A stretch of DNA of 61,546 nt, counting the filler. It is 6 parts of 6 records of this genome, joined end to end, with 100 filler letters (N's around TTAATTAATTAA, not from the genome) between each part and the next. Parts side by side here need not be neighbours in the genome. Positions count along the whole stretch, not along the records: positions 1 to 15,606 come from SRR20825010_5528; positions 15,707 to 32,624 come from SRR20825010_5531; 4 more parts are not named here. One strand, 5' to 3'. The notes under the pieces are model-generated. The model ran no database searches, was not told where the DNA came from, and saw only the letters and a list, made by a program, of their open reading frames with translations. A program made the position numbers and the translations under genes. Positions 9,320 through 17,606 of this stretch are shown piece after piece; position 1 is the stretch's first letter; each line of letters opens with the position of its first letter.

Positions 9320-9369
9320 ATAAGAAAGAAAATTATGCAGACGAACACTTTCAAGAAAAAATAGATTTG
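9309..9369 (+). promoter_or_regulatory. Tandem direct repeat AAATTAT(AT/GC)AGA (9309-9320, 9330-9341; 21-bp period) followed by TAGATTTG (9362-9369)
   Basis: Seen directly; two-helical-turn spacing is typical of AraC half-sites. Confidence 0.6.
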
Positions 9370-9391
9370 TTAACAACTTAATACCAATAAA

Positions 9392-9799
9392 ATGAAAAAC
9401 AAAAAATTCTTACCACGTGCGGTCGCAATGGCGGCCATAGGTTTTCTGTTTGTGGGATTCAATACCCAGGCACAGGAGAAATGGGTGGCACCCGCTAGTG
9501 CCGACAAGATAGTCAATCCTCTTAAAGGAGATGCCAATGCAGCGGACTCAGGTAAAAGAACCTATAAGATGCTGTGTGTCGTGTGCCACGGTGCCAAGGG
9601 CAAAGGCGATGGTGTGGGAGGCGCGGGCCTGAAGCCTAAACCAACCGATTTTACCAGTGCCGAAGTCCAAGCCCAGACTGATGGGGCCCTTTTCTGGAAA
9701 TTGGAAGAAGGCCGCTCACCGATGGCCTCTTATAAAACTGCCATCCCTGAGAAAAAACGCTGGGAGATCATTAACTACATAAGAACCCTTAAAAAATGA
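9392..9799 (+). CDS. Periplasmic monoheme class I cytochrome c
   Basis: Signal peptide (..TQAQ), CVVCH heme motif, candidate distal Met in SPMASY. Confidence 0.9.
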   Translation: MKNKKFLPRAVAMAAIGFLFVGFNTQAQEKWVAPASADKIVNPLKGDANAADSGKRTYKMLCVVCHGAKGKGDGVGGAGLKPKPTDFTSAEVQAQTDGALFWKLEEGRSPMASYKTAIPEKKRWEIINYIRTLKK

Positions 9800-10953
9800 A
9801 AAAACTAATAGTATTACTAGTCGCAGTTGTTTTTGGTGGTCAGATGTACGGCCAAACATACAACACCTTTGAACCGAGCAAGACCCAATTTATGCTTAGA
9901 GGATACGGGCATACAGGATTTGAATATATGGATTCAGGAGACGAACCGGAATCCACCTTTTTGGGAGCTGCCTTTGCCCCGATATTCTTATACAAACATT
10001 CGGACAGGTTAATGTTCGAGGCAGAACTGGAATTTAAACTTGAAGGAAATGAATTGGAGACTGGGTTAGAGTATGCCGATGTGATGTACGTGCTCAATAA
10101 GAACATGATTGCCAGGGCAGGGAAATTTCTATTGCCTTTTGGAACTTTTATGGAGCGATTGCACCCAGCTTGGATTAACCGCCTGCCCAATGCTCCTTTA
10201 GGCTACGGACATGATGGCATTGCACCAGCTTCAGGAATTGGAGTGGAGCTTAGGGGAGCCTTCGACTTGGGCGGCCCAACATTGAATTATTCGGTCTATG
10301 CCACTAACGGCCCAAGGCTAAAAGATGGAAACGATGAACCGGAGGAAGCTGGTATGCTGATGTTTGAAAATTATGAAGATACCAACCTCGCGAAAGCTTA
10401 TGGTGGTCGCTTGGGATTATTACCCTTTTCCGATTCTTCCACGGAGATTGGTTTTTCTGCCTATTCTACAAGTGACACAGGGGAACAGGACTCGGAATAC
10501 GAGGATGTCGGGGCGTTTTTGTTCGCCTTGGATTTTTCTTTCGTAAAGCAGATATCGGGGCTTGGTGGAGTAATTGACGTAAAGGCACAATACAACAATT
10601 CAAACGTGGATACGGCCACTTATTTTGAGCTGGAGGATGATATACTGGAGGAATACTCTTTTGACAACCAAAGCAACTCCTTTTATGGGCAGCTGAGTTA
10701 CCGGCCTACAATGGCAAGCAGCGATTTTGTCAAAAAACTGGAGTTTGTGGGCAGATACTCGGACTTTAATGCTCCGGAAGGCGCGGAATGGGAAGAGAAA
10801 TCGGTCCAGTACGCTTTCGGTCTCAATTATTGGCTGAGCTGGCGTTCGGTTGTCAAACTTAGTTATCAGGCCACTGAAACGGAAGGTGGTCATGACGGAG
10901 ATGGTTTAACCAACACGGATGGCCTGTTTTTGCATTGGGCCATAGGATTCTAA
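9796..10953 (+). CDS. Outer-membrane beta-barrel (porin-like) protein
   Basis: Signal peptide, alternating amphipathic strands, RAGKFLLPFG segment, C-terminal FLHWAIGF; ATGA-type 4-nt overlap with the cytochrome gene. Confidence 0.75.
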   Translation: MKKLIVLLVAVVFGGQMYGQTYNTFEPSKTQFMLRGYGHTGFEYMDSGDEPESTFLGAAFAPIFLYKHSDRLMFEAELEFKLEGNELETGLEYADVMYVLNKNMIARAGKFLLPFGTFMERLHPAWINRLPNAPLGYGHDGIAPASGIGVELRGAFDLGGPTLNYSVYATNGPRLKDGNDEPEEAGMLMFENYEDTNLAKAYGGRLGLLPFSDSSTEIGFSAYSTSDTGEQDSEYEDVGAFLFALDFSFVKQISGLGGVIDVKAQYNNSNVDTATYFELEDDILEEYSFDNQSNSFYGQLSYRPTMASSDFVKKLEFVGRYSDFNAPEGAEWEEKSVQYAFGLNYWLSWRSVVKLSYQATETEGGHDGDGLTNTDGLFLHWAIGF

Positions 10954-10978
10954 AAACAATATATAATACGTAGAAAAC

Positions 10979-11299
10979 ATGAAAACAATATATAAAACAG
11001 TAATAGGCGTCATTATCATGACAATTGTGGGCATTACGGCTGTTGCCTGTTCCTCCACAAAGAAAGGCTATACCGATGTTCCGGATACGGCCACCGCAGC
11101 AGCGGAGGAAGAATTCAAGATCGAAAAATCGGGAGCCCAAATGTGGGGAGAAACCTGTAATCGATGCCACATAGCACCGTCCCCTGCGGATTATAACGAT
11201 ACCGATTGGGAGACCATCAGCCTTCATATGAGGGTCAGGGCCAATCTTACCGAGCATGAAAGTAAGAAGATTGAAGAGTTTTTAAAATCGGCCAATTAA
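10979..11299 (+). CDS. Lipoprotein monoheme cytochrome c
   Basis: Lipobox-like TAVAC, CNRCH heme motif, W..I..HM...ANL segment with a candidate axial Met. Confidence 0.85.
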   Translation: MKTIYKTVIGVIIMTIVGITAVACSSTKKGYTDVPDTATAAAEEEFKIEKSGAQMWGETCNRCHIAPSPADYNDTDWETISLHMRVRANLTEHESKKIEEFLKSAN

Positions 11300-11412
11300 G
11301 ATGGCCAAAACACTCCAATAGTTGCTTCGATAATACAGCAATTTTGGTAAAATAATGTTAGAATCCGTCAATGGATAAAGTCAAAACAGTACCAATTTAA
11401 ATTATAATAAAT

Positions 11413-12228
11413 ATGGAAAAATTACCAAAAATTGCGCTACCAGCAATAATTAGTTTTATTGTACTGGTTGTTTTAATCGCAAAATCTGCAGTAACGATTG
11501 GATCCGGGGAAGCCGGGGTACTCTACAAAACCTTTGGGGGCGGAGTGGTTACGGATCAGCCGCCTTTGGGCGAGGGTTTTCATATCGTGGCACCTTGGAA
11601 TAAGGTTTTTGTATATGAGGTTAGACAGCAAGAAGTTTTTGAAAAAATGCAGGTACTCTCTTCCAACGGATTGGAGATAAAACTGGACGCCTCCGCATGG
11701 TTTGAACCAAAGAGAGAATTTTTAGGAAAGCTTCATCAAGAAAAAGGTACGGAATACGTTAACCGTGTACTACTGCCCACGATAAGATCTGCAGCAAGAA
11801 GCGTTGTGGGGCGCTATACCCCGGAGCAATTGTATTCCAGTAAACGAGATGCAATACAGGCAGAGATCTATGAAGAGACCAAAAAAATCGTTGACGGACA
11901 GTACATTCAGCTCAATGAGATACTAGTGCGAGATGTTACTTTGCCAGGCACCATAAAGGAAGCTATAGAGCGTAAACTTAAACAAGAACAAGAGTCGTTG
12001 GAATATGAATTTCGTTTGGTTACCGCCAAAAAGGAAGCGGAAAAAGTAACCATTGAAGCACAAGGAAAGGCGGATGCCAACAAAATTTTAAGCGCTTCCC
12101 TGACCGATAAGATATTACAGGACAAGGGTATCGATGCAACATTGGAACTAGCGAAGTCGCCTAACTCAAAAGTAGTCGTAGTCGGTGGTGGCGATTCTGG
12201 ACTACCGCTGATATTGGGTAATAATTGA
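11413..12228 (+). CDS. SPFH/prohibitin (band 7) family membrane protein
   Basis: N-terminal TM helix, GEGFHIVAPWN, RSAARSVVGRYT, EAQGKADAN coiled coil. Confidence 0.9.
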   Translation: MEKLPKIALPAIISFIVLVVLIAKSAVTIGSGEAGVLYKTFGGGVVTDQPPLGEGFHIVAPWNKVFVYEVRQQEVFEKMQVLSSNGLEIKLDASAWFEPKREFLGKLHQEKGTEYVNRVLLPTIRSAARSVVGRYTPEQLYSSKRDAIQAEIYEETKKIVDGQYIQLNEILVRDVTLPGTIKEAIERKLKQEQESLEYEFRLVTAKKEAEKVTIEAQGKADANKILSASLTDKILQDKGIDATLELAKSPNSKVVVVGGGDSGLPLILGNN

Positions 12229-12384
12229 TTTTTTGTTCAGCACAATGGGACAAAAAGTTGAAGTGAACCCATTTAAAATTTTTGGATCGAAGCGAAAATC
12301 AGGGCACAAAATGTGCCTCTGAAACTTCGGAAGTAAGTAAAGGATAAAATTAAAACGAATCGAGTAAATCTTAAATTAAATACA

Positions 12385-12855
12385 ATGAAAACAGCAACAC
12401 TAATTTTTTTGACGATCGGGTTGTTTGCCTTAAACGGTTGCAACCAGAAAACCGACATTAACACAATGCTCGACAACTCCGAGACACGTAGTGAAATTTT
12501 TGATGCCATTGCGAACAACCACTCATACATGACCGGCTTTATGGAAAACATGCAAGAGAGCGATCATGCAATGCAAATGATGCAGGGCAATAATAAAATG
12601 ATGGGCGGCATGATGAAAGGCGATGGTATGCAAATGATGATGAAAGACAGTACGATGATGAAGAACATAATGCAATCCATGATGAAAGATGGTAAGATGA
12701 TGGGGAACATGATGAAAATGATGCACGAAAAAGGCATGATGAGCGAGGATTGTATGGAGTCCTGCAAAAACATGATGGCAGAGGAAGGATTGGACATTAT
12801 CGAACAGGGCGAAATGGAATTGGGCAAAAGCCAAAGTCATGGCGATCATCATTAA
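12385..12855 (+). CDS. Methionine-rich lipoprotein
   Basis: Lipobox LNGC; about 33 Met in 156 aa by manual count; ends HGDHH. Confidence 0.8.
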   Translation: MKTATLIFLTIGLFALNGCNQKTDINTMLDNSETRSEIFDAIANNHSYMTGFMENMQESDHAMQMMQGNNKMMGGMMKGDGMQMMMKDSTMMKNIMQSMMKDGKMMGNMMKMMHEKGMMSEDCMESCKNMMAEEGLDIIEQGEMELGKSQSHGDHH

Positions 12856-12887
12856 AACACTAAAGTTTAACGCAAATACAGGAAAAA

Positions 12888-13157
12888 ATGAAAAGTCATT
12901 GGATATGGATGGTTATCGGTTGTGGGCTACCCCTACTACTGATATTTTTTGCCCCAGTATTGGGGATCACAGGGTACAATGGGCTTTTTGCCTTTATCAT
13001 CCTGATGTTCGCATTGCATCTTTTTATGCCGCATGGCTCACATGGTCGCAGGGGGCATAACCATGGCGGCCATAGCGACAAGACTAACGGAGAAAGTAAA
13101 GAGGAAGTGCTAGATGATGGGGACAAAAAAGGACATGAAGGACATCGACATCATTAA
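12888..13157 (+). CDS. Small two-TM protein with His-rich tail (DUF2933-like)
   Basis: HWIWMVIGCGLPLL, LHLFMPHGSHG, ends GHEGHRHH. Confidence 0.7.
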   Translation: MKSHWIWMVIGCGLPLLLIFFAPVLGITGYNGLFAFIILMFALHLFMPHGSHGRRGHNHGGHSDKTNGESKEEVLDDGDKKGHEGHRHH

Positions 13158-13177
13158 ATAACAGTAAAAGTTGGACA

Positions 13178-13393
13178 ATGAAACGCAAATTTCAAATCGA
13201 AGGAATAAGCTGTGGCGGATGTGTGACAAGGGTCAAAAGAGCTTTGGAAGAACATCCGGCGGTAGAGAAAACACAGATTTTCTTGCAGCCAAAAGGTGCC
13301 ACGATTATCAGCATGAAGGAAGAACTTTCAGTAGATGAGCTGCAAAAGCAACTCAACGAACTTGAGGGTTATACCATAACGGAAATAAATTAA
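13178..13393 (+). CDS. Heavy-metal-associated (HMA) domain protein, CopZ-like chaperone
   Basis: IEGISCGGCV motif in a 71-aa protein. Confidence 0.88.
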   Translation: MKRKFQIEGISCGGCVTRVKRALEEHPAVEKTQIFLQPKGATIISMKEELSVDELQKQLNELEGYTITEIN

Positions 13394-13421
13394 AATTACA
13401 GTAACCTTTAAATCTAACAGT

Positions 13422-13640
13422 ATGTTTTACAGAGACGGAATTTTTTGGGGCATGCACCTTATCTGGTGGGCTATTTGGTTTGTGTTGCTGGCCTGGATAT
13501 TCTTTGCCCCGTCCAGTTCGACTTATCAAGAAATTGAGGTAGACGACCCACTAATGTTGCTCAAAATGCGGTTCGCCCAAGGCGAGATTACCAAGGAGGA
13601 ATATGAGCAATCAAAGGAACTTTTAAAATCGGACGATTGA
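13422..13640 (+). CDS. SHOCT-domain membrane protein (copy 1)
   Basis: GMHLIWW TM segment and LKMRFAQGEITKEEYEQ. Confidence 0.85.
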   Translation: MFYRDGIFWGMHLIWWAIWFVLLAWIFFAPSSSTYQEIEVDDPLMLLKMRFAQGEITKEEYEQSKELLKSDD

Positions 13641-13711
13641 TCAAGGCCCCTTATTAGCACATTTGAAAATTAAAAACAAAAAATAGTAGTGAAATGTAAA
13701 GAACCAAGAAA

Positions 13712-14527
13712 ATGAAAAAGCACTTAATTATGAGCCTTGTATTCCTGGCAGGAATACTGCTCTCAGCACAATTTACCTCTGCTCAGGCAAGCGATAAAAC
13801 CAAAAGGCAGATGTATATCAACGGGAAGGGGGAAGTCTCTGACCGTGGTATGAAGCTCGGCTATATAAGCAAGGAGGATATTATCTTTAATAACAAGGGA
13901 AAGAAGCTCGGCTTCATTAAAAACGGGAAAGTATATGATGCGGAGGGCAATTCAATGGGAAAGGCAAAAAAGGGAGGTCGATATTATAACGATAGCGGTG
14001 AGTTCGTGCTATATGTTGAAGGGAACGATGAAAAATGTGAAATTCTTGATCCCAATGGCCATTCCTTGGGCTATATACATAAAAACTACAAACTCCATGC
14101 CTGTGCGGTACACTGTTTTTTCAAGGAGAATAAGATTGAAGATGACACGGATGCAATATTGGCCGGGTATATGAACATCGAAAATGCCCTTGTTGATGAT
14201 AACAGTGAGTCCGCAAGCGAAGCGGCAGCACAACTTTTAAATGACGCTACTGCCTTGAACGAAACCCATATGAAAAAGACTTTAGAGGAGTTGTCCAACG
14301 CCTACGATCTTAGAGAACAGCGAGAGCACTTTGCGACTTTGTCCAAAGAACTGTACATTATTTTTAAGGAAACAGGCTTGAACGGGAAAACCCTTTACTG
14401 GAACCATTGCCCGATGGCCATGGAAGGGAAAGGGGCAAATTGGCTAAGCTTGAGCGAAAATATTAGCAACCCTTATATGGGACAAACTATGCCCGGCTGC
14501 GGTTTGGTAAAGGAGACCTTAAAATAG
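13712..14527 (+). CDS. Secreted two-domain protein: Gly-rich beta-repeat domain plus DUF3347-type metal-binding domain
   Basis: Signal peptide; repeated G-K-x-L-G-Y-I units; HACAVHC; C-terminal QREHF..LS...HCPMA...GANWLS...NPYMG..MPGCG. Confidence 0.75.
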   Translation: MKKHLIMSLVFLAGILLSAQFTSAQASDKTKRQMYINGKGEVSDRGMKLGYISKEDIIFNNKGKKLGFIKNGKVYDAEGNSMGKAKKGGRYYNDSGEFVLYVEGNDEKCEILDPNGHSLGYIHKNYKLHACAVHCFFKENKIEDDTDAILAGYMNIENALVDDNSESASEAAAQLLNDATALNETHMKKTLEELSNAYDLREQREHFATLSKELYIIFKETGLNGKTLYWNHCPMAMEGKGANWLSLSENISNPYMGQTMPGCGLVKETLK

Positions 14528-14644
14528 GCCTATATCAAACAGGACTAATATCACGTCATCCATAAAAAATTAATTTGGGATGAAGTCGATACATCAACAG
14601 AATTTTTTTAAACAAATAAGTCTAATCTTTTAAAACTGAAAACT

Positions 14645-14860
14645 ATGCACTTTTTTAACGGACACTTCGGTGGTATGCACTTTATATGGTGGATCGTATG
14701 GTTCATTCTATTGATCTGGATCTTTTACACACCATACGACCTGCCCTATACGAAAAACAGAAAAGAAGACCCACTGCGCATTCTTAAAAAGCGATTTGCC
14801 AAAGGCGAAATCACGAAAGAGGAATACGAGGAGTCCAAGAAACTTTTAAAATCTGAATAA
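14645..14860 (+). CDS. SHOCT-domain membrane protein (copy 2)
   Basis: GMHFIWW TM segment and LKKRFAKGEITKEEYEE; paralog of 13422-13640. Confidence 0.85.
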   Translation: MHFFNGHFGGMHFIWWIVWFILLIWIFYTPYDLPYTKNRKEDPLRILKKRFAKGEITKEEYEESKKLLKSE

Positions 14861-14861
14861 G

Positions 14862-14960
14862 GAGTAAACTACCTCGGGGCAAGCCCTCGAGGCATTTAAC
14901 AGAAAAACATTTGATTTCGAGGTAAGCCTCGGTGTATTTAAATCTCGATTATCGAGTAAA
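14862..14960. repeat. About 100-bp multi-hairpin intergenic element bounded by GAGTAAA direct repeats (REP/MITE-like)
   Basis: Hairpins CCTCGGGGCAAGCCCTCGAGG (14872-14892), CGAGGTAAGCCTCG (14918-14931) and CTCGATTATCGAG (14944-14956); GAGTAAA at 14862 and 14954. Confidence 0.55.
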
Positions 14961-14985
14961 ATTTTAACACTTAAAACAAAATGAA

Positions 14986-15432
14986 ATGAAAACAAAAATC
15001 AAAATGGCAGTAGGAATTGTATTGGCCACTTTCACATTATCGGCCTGTGCACAAAAACAGGAAAGTTCTGTAAAGGATATGCTTAAAGATCCGTCACAAC
15101 AAGATGAGGTCTTGACATTGATGGTGGAAGACCATGATTTGGGCAAGAAGTATATTACCAAAATGATGGATAATGACCATGCCACGGGCATGATGGTTGA
15201 CGAACTCGTAAACGCAGCGGCAAACGATACCATTCTTGCCGGAAAACTCAGTGATATGATTTCCAGATATCCAGATCTGATGCTGCTAACTACACATCAT
15301 TTTATGCCGGTCATCGCCAACGATAGTCTTTTGAGCGACACCTTTTGTGACCATACTCTTGAGCATAAGGATTTGGAAAAAGCTATGCACAATAAGATGG
15401 AGTACAAAAAGAGTATGGAAAAGAACCATTGA
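14986..15432 (+). CDS. Met/His-rich lipoprotein, probable distant paralog of 12385-12855
   Basis: Lipobox LSAC; DMLKDP...DHDL...MMDNDHATGMM resembles MLDNS...NHSYM...ESDHAMQMM. Confidence 0.7.
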   Translation: MKTKIKMAVGIVLATFTLSACAQKQESSVKDMLKDPSQQDEVLTLMVEDHDLGKKYITKMMDNDHATGMMVDELVNAAANDTILAGKLSDMISRYPDLMLLTTHHFMPVIANDSLLSDTFCDHTLEHKDLEKAMHNKMEYKKSMEKNH

Positions 15433-15510
15433 TTACAATTTTAGATTTACCCTGCTGGGTATGTATCATTCAAATGAATTTGGTATAACTATTAAAATAA
15501 ACACACAATC

Positions 15511-15606
15511 ATGAATCGATTAAACGTAAAAAAACTCGGATATGCTTTCGGTCTTACGGGAGCACTAATTTACTTGGGCTGTATGATAGTTATGTCAACA
15601 GCAGGT
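15511..15606 (+). CDS. Membrane protein N-terminus (DUF5676-like), truncated by contig end
   Basis: MNRLNVKKLGYAFGLTGALIYLGCMIVMSTAG; open to the spacer. Confidence 0.6.
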
Positions 15607-15706
15607 NNNNNNNNNNNNNNNNNNNNNNNNNNNNNNNNNNNNNNNNNNNNTTAATTAATTAANNNNNNNNNNNNNNNNNNNNNNNNNNNNNNNNNNNNNN
15701 NNNNNN
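15607..15706. other. Artificial contig spacer (N44-TTAATTAATTAA-N44)
   Basis: Six-frame stop linker inside an N run. Confidence 0.99.
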
Positions 15707-15733
15707 CGCCTTCGACCACTCGGCCACCTCTCT
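15707..15733 (-). tRNA. tRNA 5' fragment, probably tRNA-Ser (cut by contig end)
   Basis: Reverse complement AGAGAGGTGGCCGAGTGGTCGAAGGCG gives acceptor-stem 5' strand plus D-arm of a class II tRNA; anticodon not visible. Confidence 0.7.
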
Positions 15734-15799
15734 ATTGTTCCATTTAGGCCGACCAATAAACGAAAAAATTATTAGTTATAGAAATTTGATGCGTTAATT

Positions 15800-16831
15800 T
15801 TACACCATCTCACCACGAAGGGGCGTCTCAAAAATTGTCTTGAACAATTTGTCGGGAACCCCCGTCCCTAATAGGTACATCGCTTTTGTTATGGCAGCCT
15901 CCGTTGTAATATCCTTGCCGTTAACCAGTTGCATCTCCTTCAGTTTTTCACTGGTTTCGTAATGCCCCATAGAAACACTGCCCCCAGAGCATTGGGTAAC
16001 GTTAATTATGTGCAATCCATTTTCCACGGCTTTTTTTATTGCATTTAAAAACCATTCGTCCATTGGAGCGTTTCCAGCACCATAGGTTTCCAGTATCAAT
16101 GCCTTTAAATCGGGAATATTCAGCACCGATTGCAGCACATTTTGATTGATTCCCGGGAAAAGCTTCAAAATCGCAACCCTATCATCCATCTTTTTATGTA
16201 CTTGGAGCGACTTGTTTTTGGTGACTTTTTTTATCAAATAGTTATCATGGACATTTAAATGGACACCGGACTCCACTAAAGGGGGGTAGTTTAAGGAATT
16301 GAAAGCTTCAAAATGTTCCGCATTTATCTTGGTAGTTCTATTGCCACGATAGAGCTTATATTCGAAATATAGACCGACCTCGCGTAAAACGGGCTTCCCT
16401 TTTTTCCGAAGGGCGGCAATTTCTATGGAAGTAATCAGGTTTTCCTTGGCATCTGTTCGCAAATCTCCAATGGGCAACTGCGATCCTGTAAAAATTACGG
16501 GCTTCTCCAGATTCTCCAACATAAAACTAAGGGCAGATGCCGAATAGCTCATGGTATCGCTACCATGAAGCACCACAAAACCGTCATTTTCCTCGTAATG
16601 CCCTTCAATTATGGAGGCAATTTGAGCCCAATAACCAGGGTTCATGTTAGATGAATCGATGGGTTCATCAAAAGAAACACCCCTTAGATTACAATCCAAT
16701 TGCTTCAGCTCCGGTATATTTTTCACCAATTCGTCAAAATTGAACGCCTTGAGCGCACCGGTTTTATAATCCTTTACCATACCAATGGTTCCTCCTGTAT
16801 AGATCAGTAATATGTTGGTCTTCTTTTTCAT
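15800..16831 (-). CDS. ansA: L-asparaginase type I
   Basis: IYTGGTIGM, DSSNM, HGSDTMSY, TGSQLP motifs. Confidence 0.93.
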   Translation of the reverse strand: MKKKTNILLIYTGGTIGMVKDYKTGALKAFNFDELVKNIPELKQLDCNLRGVSFDEPIDSSNMNPGYWAQIASIIEGHYEENDGFVVLHGSDTMSYSASALSFMLENLEKPVIFTGSQLPIGDLRTDAKENLITSIEIAALRKKGKPVLREVGLYFEYKLYRGNRTTKINAEHFEAFNSLNYPPLVESGVHLNVHDNYLIKKVTKNKSLQVHKKMDDRVAILKLFPGINQNVLQSVLNIPDLKALILETYGAGNAPMDEWFLNAIKKAVENGLHIINVTQCSGGSVSMGHYETSEKLKEMQLVNGKDITTEAAITKAMYLLGTGVPDKLFKTIFETPLRGEMV

Positions 16832-16834
16832 AGA

Positions 16835-17602
16835 TCAGATTCCAAATATTTGCTTGGAGTTTTCCGTAGTGATTGTAGCGATTTCTTCTTCGGGCATACT
16901 ATATATGGAAGAGAGTTTTTCCAATACCTTGATAATGTACGAGCTTTCGTTCCGCTTTCCCCGATAAGGCGCCGGTGCCAAATATGGTGCATCGGTTTCC
17001 AGAACAATATGTTTCAGGTCGATTTGGTTCAAAAACTGGTCTATTTTACCATTTTTGAACGTCGCCACGCCTCCAATTCCTAACTTCATATTATATGATA
17101 AAGCTTGATGCGCCTGTTCCAAAGTCCCCGTAAAACAGTGAAAAATCCCGAAGAGCTCCTCGTCCTTTTCTTGTTCCAATACTTCGAACACCTCATCAAA
17201 GGCATCACGGCAATGGATCACTATGGGCAACTGATGCTTTTTCGCCAACCGAATCTGATGGGCAAAGGCCTCCTGCTGCTCTTTTAAAAAGGTCTTGTCC
17301 CAATACAGGTCTACCCCTATTTCGCCCACGGCGTAAAACTTTTTCTTGGACAACCACTCTTCTACATGAGCCAACTCCTCCTTATAATTTTCCTTAACGT
17401 GGGTTGGGTGCAGGCCCATCATCAAAAACACATTGTCCGGATAATTTCTTTCCAAATCCAACATGGATTGGGTGTAGGTTGAATCGATGGCAGGGATAAA
17501 AAAGCGCTCCACCCCGGCATCTAGGGCCCGCTGCATCATTTCATCTCTATCCTCGTCAAAGGCTTCACTATATAAATGGGTATGGGTATCGGTTATGATC
17601 AT
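16835..17602 (-). CDS. tatD: TatD-family hydrolase
   Basis: DTHTH, GLHP, GEIGVD, IHCRDA, FHCF, ETDAPYL; start set at ATG 17602. Confidence 0.92.
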   Translation of the reverse strand: MIITDTHTHLYSEAFDEDRDEMMQRALDAGVERFFIPAIDSTYTQSMLDLERNYPDNVFLMMGLHPTHVKENYKEELAHVEEWLSKKKFYAVGEIGVDLYWDKTFLKEQQEAFAHQIRLAKKHQLPIVIHCRDAFDEVFEVLEQEKDEELFGIFHCFTGTLEQAHQALSYNMKLGIGGVATFKNGKIDQFLNQIDLKHIVLETDAPYLAPAPYRGKRNESSYIIKVLEKLSSIYSMPEEEIATITTENSKQIFGI

Positions 17603-17606
17603 TCTA

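Noticed and set aside
9392-10953. Calling the cytochrome plus barrel a Cyc2 iron oxidase or a frameshifted fusion
   Set aside because: The two ORFs each have their own signal peptide and a normal ATGA-type overlap, and the barrel has no CxxCH. Only a functional analogy is proposed.
12523-12852. His-rich and Ile/Met-rich minus-strand ORFs
   Set aside because: Antisense shadows of the ATG-rich codons of the Met-rich lipoprotein (ATG reads CAT on the other strand).
15651-15662. TTAATTAATTAA as a biological repeat or att site
   Set aside because: It is an artificial six-frame-stop linker centred in every N spacer.
15707-15733. tRNA as the integration site of the contig-1 metal cluster
   Set aside because: The tRNA is on a different contig, and no integrase or att repeat is visible.
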